Source: an uncultured delta proteobacterium
GTDB taxonomy: Bacteria; Bdellovibrionota; FAC87; UBA2466
Reading direction: 5' to 3'
DNA length: 64,000 nucleotides
NCBI GenBank assembly: GCA_963778115.1
Contig: CAVZSV010000004.1
Coordinates: 1,632,001-1,696,000 of the forward strand
Part shown: in pieces, positions 49,295 through 58,613 of the stretch
How positions within the stretch are numbered: position 1 is the stretch's first letter
Layout of the letters: each line of letters begins with the position of its first letter
Translations under genes and position numbers: made by a program
The notes under the pieces: model-generated
What the model was told of the DNA's origin: nothing
The model's input: the letters and a program-made list of their open reading frames with translations, nothing else
Databases searched by the model: none

Positions 49295-50935
49295 CTATTG
49301 TTCGTTAATGCGCTTTTCTAGCCCTTGAAGGACTTCTCTTTGGAAATCTTCCATGCGCTTTTTCATTCCCTGGGAGCGGAACGAGTCGTAAACCATTTCG
49401 GCTAGGACTAATCGAGCACGGTCCATCGCTTTTTCGATAACAATTTTGACTTTGGGATCGACTCCCGACGTCGGGTATTGGGATTTTTTGATTAGTTCGG
49501 CAGTGGCTTCGTCGTCTCCCTTAAGCCAGTGCTGAATGGCGGTGACCACTTGAGCGGAGGCGGGGGCATACAAGGATGCCCAGCTTTTTGAGTCATACCG
49601 TCTTGCTGCATCCAAAATCGTCTTTTCTGAATTGGTACGAGAAGCCCCAAAACTTTTTGCTAGCGCAGATCCTAACGGACTCTCGGAAATACCACTCAAA
49701 ACTTTGATCAACAGTAATTTTGCCGTTCTACCATTGGATTCGTGTTGATTTTTCTTCAGATACTGCAAAATGGGACGTACGGCAAAGGCAGATCGGTGAA
49801 TTCCCGGTAGAAACTCGGACAATTTATCTAGATATTTTAAATCGTCCGTTCCGTCCACGAAATGGCTCGAACAAATATCACAAGCGAGTTTCGTGTTGCT
49901 CGCTTGCATCTTCTTGTCGTTGTCATTTTTTGCCTCGCCGGGGAAACAACACGACGAACACGCATAGGCATAATCAACGTGCACACCGTGAGCAAGTCCC
50001 CAGGCGGGATGAAAGAGTTCGTGAAGAAGCGTCTGCTTGAAGCTTTGCTCTGTCGCTGATTGCAGAAACTTGGGATTTAGCACAATAAAGGCGTCATTCG
50101 ACGAAAGCGATGATACAGCGTTTCGGGTTCCCCAGGGCTCGTTAAACATGCACATGAGTCTAGGGTGGGGATCTTTAAGTAGCAGCGCTCCGATAGCGGC
50201 GACGTGAACTTTGCCCTCCCCGCCGTGATCCCAGAGACATTGCGTCCCTTCTATCAAAGACCGACGAAACATCTCGTCTATCTTGGGTTGAGAATCGAAA
50301 CAGGCTTTTTCGATCTGAAAGCCAAAATCGGTAGGCTGATAATTGGCGTCGGCTTCCGCGAGCTTGTCGAAAGGATTGGCAATATCACTAAGTCCCTGCA
50401 CCCCCTCCATTGCCTTCGAATACTCGGACTTTACGTCTTCTGAATCTGCTGGGTCATCCTCTTGAATGGCAGGATAGCGGCCTATCGAAACCACTTTCCA
50501 ATCTGGCTTCTTCGTTCCGAAGTTTCTTTCGCTAGTGCGAACGATGTATTTGCCCTCTCTGATGATGGTCACTCTGAGATTTGCTTTGCCTTTAAAGTGG
50601 GAATCAAACCGACGCACGATCGATCCATCGGGCTTAAACGTCGTGTATTCGTCGGTCTTGCCGTCTCCATCCCAATCTCGCGCATGACTGATGAAGCGTT
50701 TAGCGGCAAAACAATCGGTCACGTGCGGCTTTCCATCACCCAGCGTGTCGCTGCTCCGACACCATTGGCCGTCTTTTTTCTGGGTATTCCAGAAAACAGT
50801 TTTACCTTGATAAGCGACTTGGGCCGGTGTTTTGCTCAAAAGAGCGCCTAGAAGATTAGACTCTGACCTGGGCGCACGAGAGGCCCCGGCGGATAGACCT
50901 AAGGTAACTAAGAAAACCCATCCCCATTTGCCCAT
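49295..50935 (-). CDS. Secreted protein with DxDGDGK-type loops and HExxH zinc-peptidase motif
   Basis: Signal peptide; DTLGDGK, DWDGDGKTD; LLHELFH. Confidence 0.75.
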   Translation of the reverse strand: MGKWGWVFLVTLGLSAGASRAPRSESNLLGALLSKTPAQVAYQGKTVFWNTQKKDGQWCRSSDTLGDGKPHVTDCFAAKRFISHARDWDGDGKTDEYTTFKPDGSIVRRFDSHFKGKANLRVTIIREGKYIVRTSERNFGTKKPDWKVVSIGRYPAIQEDDPADSEDVKSEYSKAMEGVQGLSDIANPFDKLAEADANYQPTDFGFQIEKACFDSQPKIDEMFRRSLIEGTQCLWDHGGEGKVHVAAIGALLLKDPHPRLMCMFNEPWGTRNAVSSLSSNDAFIVLNPKFLQSATEQSFKQTLLHELFHPAWGLAHGVHVDYAYACSSCCFPGEAKNDNDKKMQASNTKLACDICSSHFVDGTDDLKYLDKLSEFLPGIHRSAFAVRPILQYLKKNQHESNGRTAKLLLIKVLSGISESPLGSALAKSFGASRTNSEKTILDAARRYDSKSWASLYAPASAQVVTAIQHWLKGDDEATAELIKKSQYPTSGVDPKVKIVIEKAMDRARLVLAEMVYDSFRSQGMKKRMEDFQREVLQGLEKRINEQ

Positions 50936-51063
50936 ATCTGATTAAGCCATTCGTTTGCGAAAGAGCCGTAGATTCTAGTAAATCGTTTGACCCCTCGTCT
51001 AAGTAGAGTAAGCGTTAGTTTACTCACGTTCGGCCACAAATTCAAAGAGTCGCGGTTTTCTTC

Positions 51064-51642
51064 TTAGAGGGGTCGGGACCTGCGTTTCGCTTGATCTAGC
51101 CAGGCATCTAAAAGAGGCTGGTCACTGGGAAATAATTCCCGGGAGTCGAAAGGTCCATTTTCGAACTCTCTTTCATCTTCATACCAGGGTTGAGACTGAT
51201 GCGCCCTCAAAGCGGATTCGCTCGCGGTATCGACCCCTAGCTGTACCAATACCCGATCCCGATCCTCTACGCTAAGTGACGTGAACTCATGTCCCTTCAG
51301 ACCCGCGGATAGGATGGCATGACCGTAGATAGTCTTACTTGCTATCTCGTTCAACTGGGTTATAGACCTTCGACCTTGAGTTTTCTGAAGCAACTGAAGG
51401 TAATCAAAGTAAAGGGTGTACAGCCGGTTTCCGAACACATCTCGGAGCAGCCCCTTGTTCATTCGAAGAAGTAAGTTCCGTTTTTCACTCGAAACCGACA
51501 GCTCTCCCCTGATAGAAACAGGCAGCGCGCAATTCTGTCTTGTCCCCGCTTGATCTGCCAGGGCTTGGCGAGGCTCAGACGCATTAAACAAGCATATGAG
51601 TGCCAGTACCCCCAGTAATAGTCTAATTCTCCAAACCCGCAT
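51064..51642 (-). CDS. Hypothetical secreted protein
   Basis: GAGGG RBS, N-terminal hydrophobic segment. Confidence 0.6.
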   Translation of the reverse strand: MRVWRIRLLLGVLALICLFNASEPRQALADQAGTRQNCALPVSIRGELSVSSEKRNLLLRMNKGLLRDVFGNRLYTLYFDYLQLLQKTQGRRSITQLNEIASKTIYGHAILSAGLKGHEFTSLSVEDRDRVLVQLGVDTASESALRAHQSQPWYEDEREFENGPFDSRELFPSDQPLLDAWLDQAKRRSRPL

Positions 51643-51818
51643 TCCCGTCCCTCTAAAGTAACTTTAATCACAAAAAAAAAAACACGTCGAGTGTGGCATT
51701 TCTGAAAATCGCACAGCGGAGACACTACAAATGATTTGACACGCCATTTCGATGCAACGTCCTTTGATGCCCTACGCTATCCGCCTTACTCTAGGTAATC
51801 GGAAAGGCTATAGCGTTC

Positions 51819-53090
51819 ATGACTAAACTGATTCGGAAAAATATTTTAGTCGGTGCGAGCCTCGTCGGGGTTATTGGCGGGCTGATAGCGCTGGCTTACC
51901 ATTTTATTCTGCAGAACTTACTGAAGTTGGTTTGGGGTGGAATCTATGGGACCTCTTTCCGAGAGGTGTTCTCGGAGACTGGACACCACTGGACGATCAT
52001 CGCTATTACAATGGCCGGAGGGTGTCTTGTCGGTTGTTGTATTAAGTTTCTGGGAAAACCAGGGGAGATCGAGGCCGTCGTTGATAACATCCATCTTACT
52101 CGCGGTCGCCTTGACGTTCGCCAATCCCCGTCGATGATCGTCAATTCGCTGATCTCGATAACAACAGGCGGAAGTGCCGGTCCCGAAGCTCCCCTTGTGC
52201 AGATCATCGGCTCTTTCGCTTCGTGGTTGGGTGAGCGATTGAAACTAAGTGATGACGACGTGAGAACCTATACCTTTTGTGGAATGGCGACGGCCCTGGG
52301 AGCATTTTTCGGAGCGCCTATTGGGGGAGCCCTCTTTGCTTTGGAAATTCCTCACCGAAAGGGACTAGAGTACTACGAGGCACTCCTGCCCTCATGTGTA
52401 GCTGCTGTGATTGGCTTTTTGGTATTCAGAGGAGCTCTTGGCTGGGAAAGACCGATCTATTCTTTACCTTTAATCGAAGTATTTTCGTTTGGTCTGCTTT
52501 TGATGGCTTTGGTCTTAGGAATAGCCGGAGCCTTAGCGGGCGGGATTCTCGCGTTTCTTTTTCAGCGGCTAGAGCTCTTGTCCCATCCCTTCGCTAAATA
52601 CCCCATTCTTCTTTCTTGCATCGGAGGTGCCTTGATTGGACTGGTGGCGGTCTACTTTCCGGAGACGCTCTTTTGGGGTGAGTTCCAGATTCATGACTTG
52701 ATGATCTTAAACGTAAGCGCATCTCACTTTTTCTTGATCGCCTTGATGAAAGCGCTAGCTATCGGACTAACGCTTCACTTTAACTTTCGGGGTGGCTTTA
52801 TCTTTCCGTTATTCTTTATCGGAGCGGCTTTAGGAATGGGTTTGTCGGTTCTGTTTCCGATGCTTCCCCCGGCGGTTATCGTGCTTTCGCTCATGGCGGC
52901 GGTTAACGTAGCGGTGACAAAAACTCCAATTTCGACCACGATCATTTTGACGACGCTTTCGGGAACGAATTTGCTCCCGGTCGTAGCCATCGCATCCTTT
53001 ACTAGTTTTCTCGTCGCATCCAAAGTAGTGGTTATTAAGAGCCAGCGTTCTCGCGTTCCCCATCCCATGACGGTGGAAGCATACTCCTAG
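51819..53090 (+). CDS. ClC-family chloride channel/transporter (no CBS domains)
   Basis: GGSAGPEAP, FGAPIGGALFALE, RGGFIFP; multi-TM. Confidence 0.9.
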   Translation: MTKLIRKNILVGASLVGVIGGLIALAYHFILQNLLKLVWGGIYGTSFREVFSETGHHWTIIAITMAGGCLVGCCIKFLGKPGEIEAVVDNIHLTRGRLDVRQSPSMIVNSLISITTGGSAGPEAPLVQIIGSFASWLGERLKLSDDDVRTYTFCGMATALGAFFGAPIGGALFALEIPHRKGLEYYEALLPSCVAAVIGFLVFRGALGWERPIYSLPLIEVFSFGLLLMALVLGIAGALAGGILAFLFQRLELLSHPFAKYPILLSCIGGALIGLVAVYFPETLFWGEFQIHDLMILNVSASHFFLIALMKALAIGLTLHFNFRGGFIFPLFFIGAALGMGLSVLFPMLPPAVIVLSLMAAVNVAVTKTPISTTIILTTLSGTNLLPVVAIASFTSFLVASKVVVIKSQRSRVPHPMTVEAYS

Positions 53091-53168
53091 TACACAGACC
53101 GAAGAGCCAACTTTGTCACCGCTGTCTACTTGCTAAATAAAATTTCTACTTTTTCAGGCTTACAAAAG

Positions 53169-53184
53169 TGGCAACAATATTGCT
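53169..53184 (+). promoter_or_regulatory. Putative sigma-54 promoter
   Basis: TGGCAACAATATTGCT upstream of the 53255 ORF. Confidence 0.55.
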
Positions 53185-53254
53185 TAGAGTTACTGATAGC
53201 CCTGGGTACGTGACAGTGCCTGTGAACACGAGTTAGCTACAGGAGTTCGTCGAT

Positions 53255-53527
53255 ATGAAGACTTTAGCAGTGTTAATGCTTAGTGTGATTCTCCTCTCGA
53301 CTGCCCCCGTTATGGCTTGTGGCCCTCATGGAGGTTGTGGAATCGGATCGCGTCCTCTTCTTGTCGGAGGAGGGTCCGTAGCCTTTCGTCGCTCAGCTCG
53401 TTTAGGTTTCCGAGCAAATCGTGCCGCTTCTTTTGGTTTATTCGGTCGTGCCAATAGATTGGCCGCCCGCTCCAATGCGGCTTTCGGCCGAGGCCTCTTT
53501 CGCAACGCTCGCTTCAACGGCTTTTAA
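53255..53527 (+). CDS. Small secreted Arg/Gly/Phe-rich cationic protein
   Basis: AGGAG RBS, signal peptide (..VMA); mature part has no D/E. Confidence 0.75.
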   Translation: MKTLAVLMLSVILLSTAPVMACGPHGGCGIGSRPLLVGGGSVAFRRSARLGFRANRAASFGLFGRANRLAARSNAAFGRGLFRNARFNGF

Positions 53528-54075
53528 TCTACTAAATTTTCGGTTTCCACCACCGTCGCAAATTCCCCATGGAGGCTCGCTAGATTAATGGCGTGTACCA
53601 ACTCGCCCGGATAGACGGTCCCTTTGGAGTCCTTACGATCGAAAGACGTCGTCGCATCGGAGACTAGGGTACAACGAAATCCCAAATTAGCAGCCATTCG
53701 GATGGAGGTTGAAACGCAATGATCGGAAGCTATTCCTACAAAGACCAGATCATTAATCTCTTTTTCTTTTAACCGCGATTCCAAATTGGTTCCGATAAAA
53801 CAGCTATTTACGTTTTTAGAAATAACAGGCTCCTCACCAATAGGTTTGGCGCACTCCATAAAGGCAACGCCGGGACGGTTCGAATTTAGAGGAGAGTTGG
53901 GTTTACGACTAAGGTGCTGGACGTGGTAAATAGGTCTACCTCTCTCTCGCCAATGAGTTAAGAGTCGATTCACATTTGCCTCCAAAAGCGAATTGCTTCT
54001 TTTTCCCCAGATGGGGTCGTTGAACCCCTCCTGAATGTCTATAAGGATAAGGGCTTTTTTTGTGTCGTTGATCAT
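53524..54075 (-). CDS. Isochorismatase-family cysteine hydrolase
   Basis: LIDIQEGF, KNVNSCF, SDHCVSTS. Confidence 0.92.
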   Translation of the reverse strand: MINDTKKALILIDIQEGFNDPIWGKRSNSLLEANVNRLLTHWRERGRPIYHVQHLSRKPNSPLNSNRPGVAFMECAKPIGEEPVISKNVNSCFIGTNLESRLKEKEINDLVFVGIASDHCVSTSIRMAANLGFRCTLVSDATTSFDRKDSKGTVYPGELVHAINLASLHGEFATVVETENLVD

Positions 54076-54240
54076 GTTTTTTCCTCCTGGGAATCGAAAG
54101 TAGCGCGAGGTGGCTAATCGGTATAATTCATTATATTGATCTATCGATGACTAGAAACTATCCCTCTTTACCTCGGACTAAGCGGGACAGATTGACGCAC
54201 GCGATGACAGGTCTCCTCAAGTCTGCTAGATACCTTTCCT

Positions 54241-54489
54241 ATGGATCCCTTAACGACATTTGGGCTCTTCGCCGTTACTTCAATGCTGGTTTGTTATGGA
54301 CTCGAGTCCAGAAGCCATTGGTTCATTTTGGGATTCGCAGGAGCGTGTCTATTAGGCTCTGCTTACGGCTTTCTGCAAGGGGCCTGGCCGTTCGGTGGAG
54401 TAGAAGCGATTTGGTCGGTGGTAGCTCTTCGAAGATGGCTTAAAAGCAGGAAAGCAGCCCCTGCTACCTCAGGTATCCCCCATTATTGA
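54241..54489 (+). CDS. Small three-TM membrane protein
   Basis: FGLFAVTSMLVCY...SAYGFLQGAWPFG.VEAIWSVVALRRW. Confidence 0.75.
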   Translation: MDPLTTFGLFAVTSMLVCYGLESRSHWFILGFAGACLLGSAYGFLQGAWPFGGVEAIWSVVALRRWLKSRKAAPATSGIPHY

Positions 54490-55198
54490 GATCAATGACC
54501 GAGCCTGTCGTATGTCGGCTTTCCTCGCTCATTAAAAACCAGATTGCAGCAGCCACGGCTTGCGGGGATATTCGACCCTTCAGCCTCTCACTTTTTTCAA
54601 ACTCGTCCAGCCGCCATTTGGGAATTTTCTGAATCATCGTCGTGTCGACGAGTCCCGGTGCCACAGCATTAACTCTCACGTACGGAGCGAAAGTTAACGC
54701 ACACGATTTGGTAAGTCCGATAAGACCCGCTTTAGTGACTCCATACAGAGCGTCCGAGCTGCCTTCAAAGGCAGAGACCGAAGAGACATTGACTATGGTC
54801 CCTTTCCGCTGCGCTTTCACTAGAATCTTTCCCACGGTTTGAGAGAGCTGAATAGCGGCAAAAAGATTAACGGCGATCACACTTTGCATTTCTGCTACCG
54901 AGTAATCGAAAAGATCGCGACCCAGATAGATGCCGGCGTTGTTAATAAGTCCAGCTAGTCCGGACACTCGCTGGGCCAGGATCTCGCCAAAACTTTGCAC
55001 ACGCGCACAGTCGCTAATATCAAAAACTTCAGATTCGACCTTGATATTGGAAAACTTGCTTCGAACTTCTGCAACCAGCTGCTTAAGCCCCTCCGCATCC
55101 TTATCGCAAGCAAAGATAGAGAGCCCTTCGCTTGCCAAACGATCCACTATCGCTCTTCCAATACCGCCCGCCGCCCCCGTCACTAGAATGGTACCCAT
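54464..55198 (-). CDS. SDR-family oxidoreductase
   Basis: TGAAGGIG, NNAG, YGVTK, VNAVAPG. Confidence 0.93.
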   Translation of the reverse strand: MGTILVTGAAGGIGRAIVDRLASEGLSIFACDKDAEGLKQLVAEVRSKFSNIKVESEVFDISDCARVQSFGEILAQRVSGLAGLINNAGIYLGRDLFDYSVAEMQSVIAVNLFAAIQLSQTVGKILVKAQRKGTIVNVSSVSAFEGSSDALYGVTKAGLIGLTKSCALTFAPYVRVNAVAPGLVDTTMIQKIPKWRLDEFEKSERLKGRISPQAVAAAIWFLMSEESRHTTGSVIDLNNGGYLR

Positions 55199-55312
55199 AT
55201 TATCCTCTCAGAAGTCTCTCAGTTCGTAGAAATCGATTTGTAGATTCATCACTGTCACTTCCCATGGTAACAGAATTGTCGAGAGCGATTCAAACCTACG
55301 TGAATCGTGGTG

Positions 55313-56191
55313 TCATGACTCGAAAAAATTTAAGAGCTTTTTCATAAACTCCCGGGGCTGCTTTTCAAGGGTATCTTTTTGCCGTTTCAAAATCCCTATC
55401 GTCCTTAGCAACTTCGGCGTCTTAAGCGGTTTCACTAGGATGTCGGTCGTCTTGGGCACGGAATAACGCGGAATAATGACAAGCCCGATCCCTTCCCTCA
55501 CCATATCGATTAACCATTCCTCTCGATTACTTCGATAAGCGGCATAGAGCTCAATCCCTCCGGATTTGAGCTTTTCATTAAGGGCTTCGCGCATCTCACA
55601 ATTTAGGCGATCCAAATAAGGCTCGTTCTGAAGATCGGTTAGAGCTATATCCGATTTAGCGCTTAGCGGATGGTTCTTGTTCAGGGCAATGACATAGTCC
55701 TCTTCATATAGCTCTTGGAAACTAACCCCCTTATCGAGCTGTTTAGGGGCCGGACAAATAATGCATTCGAGCTCTCGATTCCGCCATTTCTCAACTAATA
55801 CCTTCTCGGGATCAACAATGAGCTCAAGCTCTACGCGAGGATGCTCCTTTTGGTATTTAGCCAAAAACGGATTCAATTTCTGGGTACCTATCGAATGCAT
55901 TACCCCAATGCGGAGCGGACTTTTCTTTAGTCTCTGAAAGCGAACAGCCTTCTCTTTTATATGAAGACTCGTTTCGTACATATTTCGAAAGTTCGCCTCT
56001 ATCAGACGCCCCAAGGAGGTGAGCTCAGCCCCCTGTCTTCCACGAGAAAAAAGGGCTCCTCCAAACTCGTCCTCCAACCTGTGAATGGCTTGAGTCAGGG
56101 AAGGTTGAGAAACAAAACTTAGCTGGGCCGCTTTCGTGAAGTTCTTACTTTCACAGACGGCCAAAAAGTAGCGAATCTGGTGCATCTCCAT
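55313..56191 (-). CDS. LysR-family transcriptional regulator
   Basis: NFTKAA...VSQPSLTQAIHRLE. Confidence 0.93.
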   Translation of the reverse strand: MEMHQIRYFLAVCESKNFTKAAQLSFVSQPSLTQAIHRLEDEFGGALFSRGRQGAELTSLGRLIEANFRNMYETSLHIKEKAVRFQRLKKSPLRIGVMHSIGTQKLNPFLAKYQKEHPRVELELIVDPEKVLVEKWRNRELECIICPAPKQLDKGVSFQELYEEDYVIALNKNHPLSAKSDIALTDLQNEPYLDRLNCEMREALNEKLKSGGIELYAAYRSNREEWLIDMVREGIGLVIIPRYSVPKTTDILVKPLKTPKLLRTIGILKRQKDTLEKQPREFMKKLLNFFES

Positions 56192-56205
56192 GGAGGCGGG
56201 ATACC

Positions 56206-56220
56206 ATAGGTAATAACTAT
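56206..56220. promoter_or_regulatory. LysR recognition box
   Basis: ATAG-N7-CTAT between the divergent lysR and EthD-family genes. Confidence 0.6.
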
Positions 56221-56304
56221 GGATCAATGGGAATAAAGTATTAGAGGCTTTGTAACATTTTAGCTAAGTTGAGCCCATGTCGAACACATACATAGGAGTT
56301 ACTT

Positions 56305-56631
56305 ATGAAAAAGGCAAAATTAATGGTCATTTACCCCACCCCGAAAAACGTCGAGCTCTTCGAGATCCGCTATGCCGCCGAGCACGTTCCCATGGCGGTG
56401 GAAAAATTAAAGGGAAAAACGAGCTTTGAGGCCACAATAGTTAAAGCGGCCGCCGGAGGACAAACTCCGCCTTACCACAGAATAGCTGAAGTCTATTTCC
56501 CTTCATTAGAAGCGTTGAATGCTTGCCTCAATTCCGAAGGGGGAAAACAGACCGCGGCCCATGCGGTTGAAATCTCCACCGGTGGTACTCCTCTGTTCCT
56601 AATCTCGGAATCGGAAGAGACTACGTTCTAG
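56305..56631 (+). CDS. EthD-family (dimeric alpha/beta barrel) protein
   Basis: FEIRYAAEHVPMA, PPYHRIAEVYFPS. Confidence 0.88.
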   Translation: MKKAKLMVIYPTPKNVELFEIRYAAEHVPMAVEKLKGKTSFEATIVKAAAGGQTPPYHRIAEVYFPSLEALNACLNSEGGKQTAAHAVEISTGGTPLFLISESEETTF

Positions 56632-56733
56632 ATATGGGCATGGGTTGGGGGCTGGTGGGGGTTAATCCGCAAAGCGGATTTCCTCTCTTAAGGTATAATT
56701 AAAATAGTCACGTCGATAAGGGCTCCCCATTCC

Positions 56734-57422
56734 ATGAAGCGAATACTCTATGGCATTCTAATAGCATTTTGCGTCTCTAGCTCTGGCCGAGCAGATGAAC
56801 TGATGGTGGAACCGGGTCCTAACGACAGTTGGGTGGTAACCTCTCGGGGGGATTCGTACACCATTAAGCACGAAGTGGTTCCCGGCCAGCGGTACGAAGT
56901 CTTGCGCCTAAAGGGTAGCAAAGGGCCTTCGGAGGGGGTTCTTCAGTTCGATCGAACGAGCACGGGTATTGTCTTAGATAGCGTTCGCGGCGCGCGACAT
57001 AAGCCAGGAACGGGCCACGCCTTACAGGGGGTTCTGTTGGCGACATTTTCCGATTCGGGCCCTATTCGGGGGAACTCGCTGAAAATAACTTAGCACGTTT
57101 TGTGGCCCTCACATGGAAGGACCGATCCCCCAGCATTCAAACGCTATCCGAAAATATTCCGTTCTTTGCATTCGAAGGATACGACTACCGCGTCAGCATC
57201 GAAGGGGATGAAGTTTTTGTAGAGATGAAAAAAAACCCTCTGGGAATTTCTAGCCTTGCCGGGCCGATTCGTATCTCAGACGAGACGCATGCTTTATTAC
57301 GTCGACGAATCCAGCAGACGCCCCTAGAGCACTGGGGCTCGGTAGCTCCCCGTAATCTTCCCCCTACTACTGTCGTCATCGCGCCTCATTGTCCGCTTGA
57401 GGAATTGGCCGACGCTAAGTAA
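56734..57422 (+). pseudogene. Hypothetical secreted protein, apparently split by a frameshift at G5 (57068-57072), or two small ORFs
   Basis: The frame of ORF 57102..57422 is open back through the G run; one extra G fuses the two ORFs. Confidence 0.45.
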
Positions 57423-57627
57423 GGCAGATAGCTCCCGCAGTGAAATTCACTCGTTGGGGATCTACGAGGTAAACCTACTCCGCGGCAATCGCCGCTAGGC
57501 TCCCTCTCCGCTAGAATCACAATTAGGGACACTCAAAATACAAGAAGGTAGGCCGTACCTTTATGTAAGGCTAGAATTACGGGTAGGAGTTGGCCTGCCC
57601 GTTGAAGGGGTAAAGTTTACCTTTCCC

Positions 57628-58368
57628 TCAGTGATGAAAGAGGGCTGAGACCAAAGATTTGCGATGGGCCAAGAATGTTCTTGCGGAAATTAGACTAGGT
57701 TGCATGATTCCGGGCCCGTGAAGTTTGCCCAAAGCGCAATGACCCATTTCGTGAAATACCAAAGCTTCTTTTGAAGCCTCCGATAATTTACTCCATTGCT
57801 TTTCATCGACGACCACTCTGGCTGGCGTGAGCGATGTCCCCGTGATGCATTCAGCGAGATTATGACTACTAAGGGCGGTATTCCCTGGTTTTCCCCATTC
57901 AAAGCGCGGGGTACGATAGGTAACGCCCGCTCTTTCACTCTCCTTTTCGAAGGAGTTCAAATATTTGCTGAATGCCGGATTACTAGCACAACTTACCAAG
58001 AAAGCGACCACGGAGATTAGCTTCAGGTAACCCCAAAATAATTGGACTATCTCATCGCGAAAATGATGGAGCGAATTATCTAAAGCATCGAGATAGGTTT
58101 CGCCTCGATCGCGACGGGGATTAAATTGCCGAATCCGCTTCGACTGTTGAGTCGGGATACGGGCATATTCCGAGCGTTGGTAGGGAGGATCCGCGTTCTT
58201 AAACGGTGCCGATTTTTTTAAGTCATAGCCAAAGTCCACTTCCGAAGAAATAGCTACGCTAGATCCGCTAGGGTTCTGAAATAACGAGGGCTCTTTGGCT
58301 ATACTGGTTTGACAGTAAAGGACTCCTATAAACAGAATTATCGGAAAAGACCATCCACGGAAAGCCAT
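57628..58368 (-). CDS. Metzincin-like zinc peptidase domain protein
   Basis: HEMGHCALGKLH plus IM Met-turn; AGGAGG RBS. Confidence 0.75.
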   Translation of the reverse strand: MAFRGWSFPIILFIGVLYCQTSIAKEPSLFQNPSGSSVAISSEVDFGYDLKKSAPFKNADPPYQRSEYARIPTQQSKRIRQFNPRRDRGETYLDALDNSLHHFRDEIVQLFWGYLKLISVVAFLVSCASNPAFSKYLNSFEKESERAGVTYRTPRFEWGKPGNTALSSHNLAECITGTSLTPARVVVDEKQWSKLSEASKEALVFHEMGHCALGKLHGPGIMQPSLISARTFLAHRKSLVSALFHH

Positions 58369-58613
58369 ACGGCCTCCTAAAGAAAGACCGAGACGGAATC
58401 ATGTGTAGAGAAAATAGACAGGATGGTTTAACTACCGACGTTCCACTTGGTCTATCTAATTTAAGGGTAGCCCCCAATCTTGCTCCAAAAATGCCGCAGC
58501 TAACCTATTAGAGTCTCGGAGTTTTGTCCGTTCTTCGTTAAATATGGCGTGTAAAGTTCGGCACTTCTTTACTATAATTTTTATTCCGCTTACTGTTTCA
58601 CGAAGGGGGAAAA

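Noticed and set aside
35899..57500. Intact prophage/ICE at tRNA-Ser
   Set aside because: No integrase, transposase, structural or conjugation genes were recognised, and no CGGGAC arm pair follows the tRNA itself.
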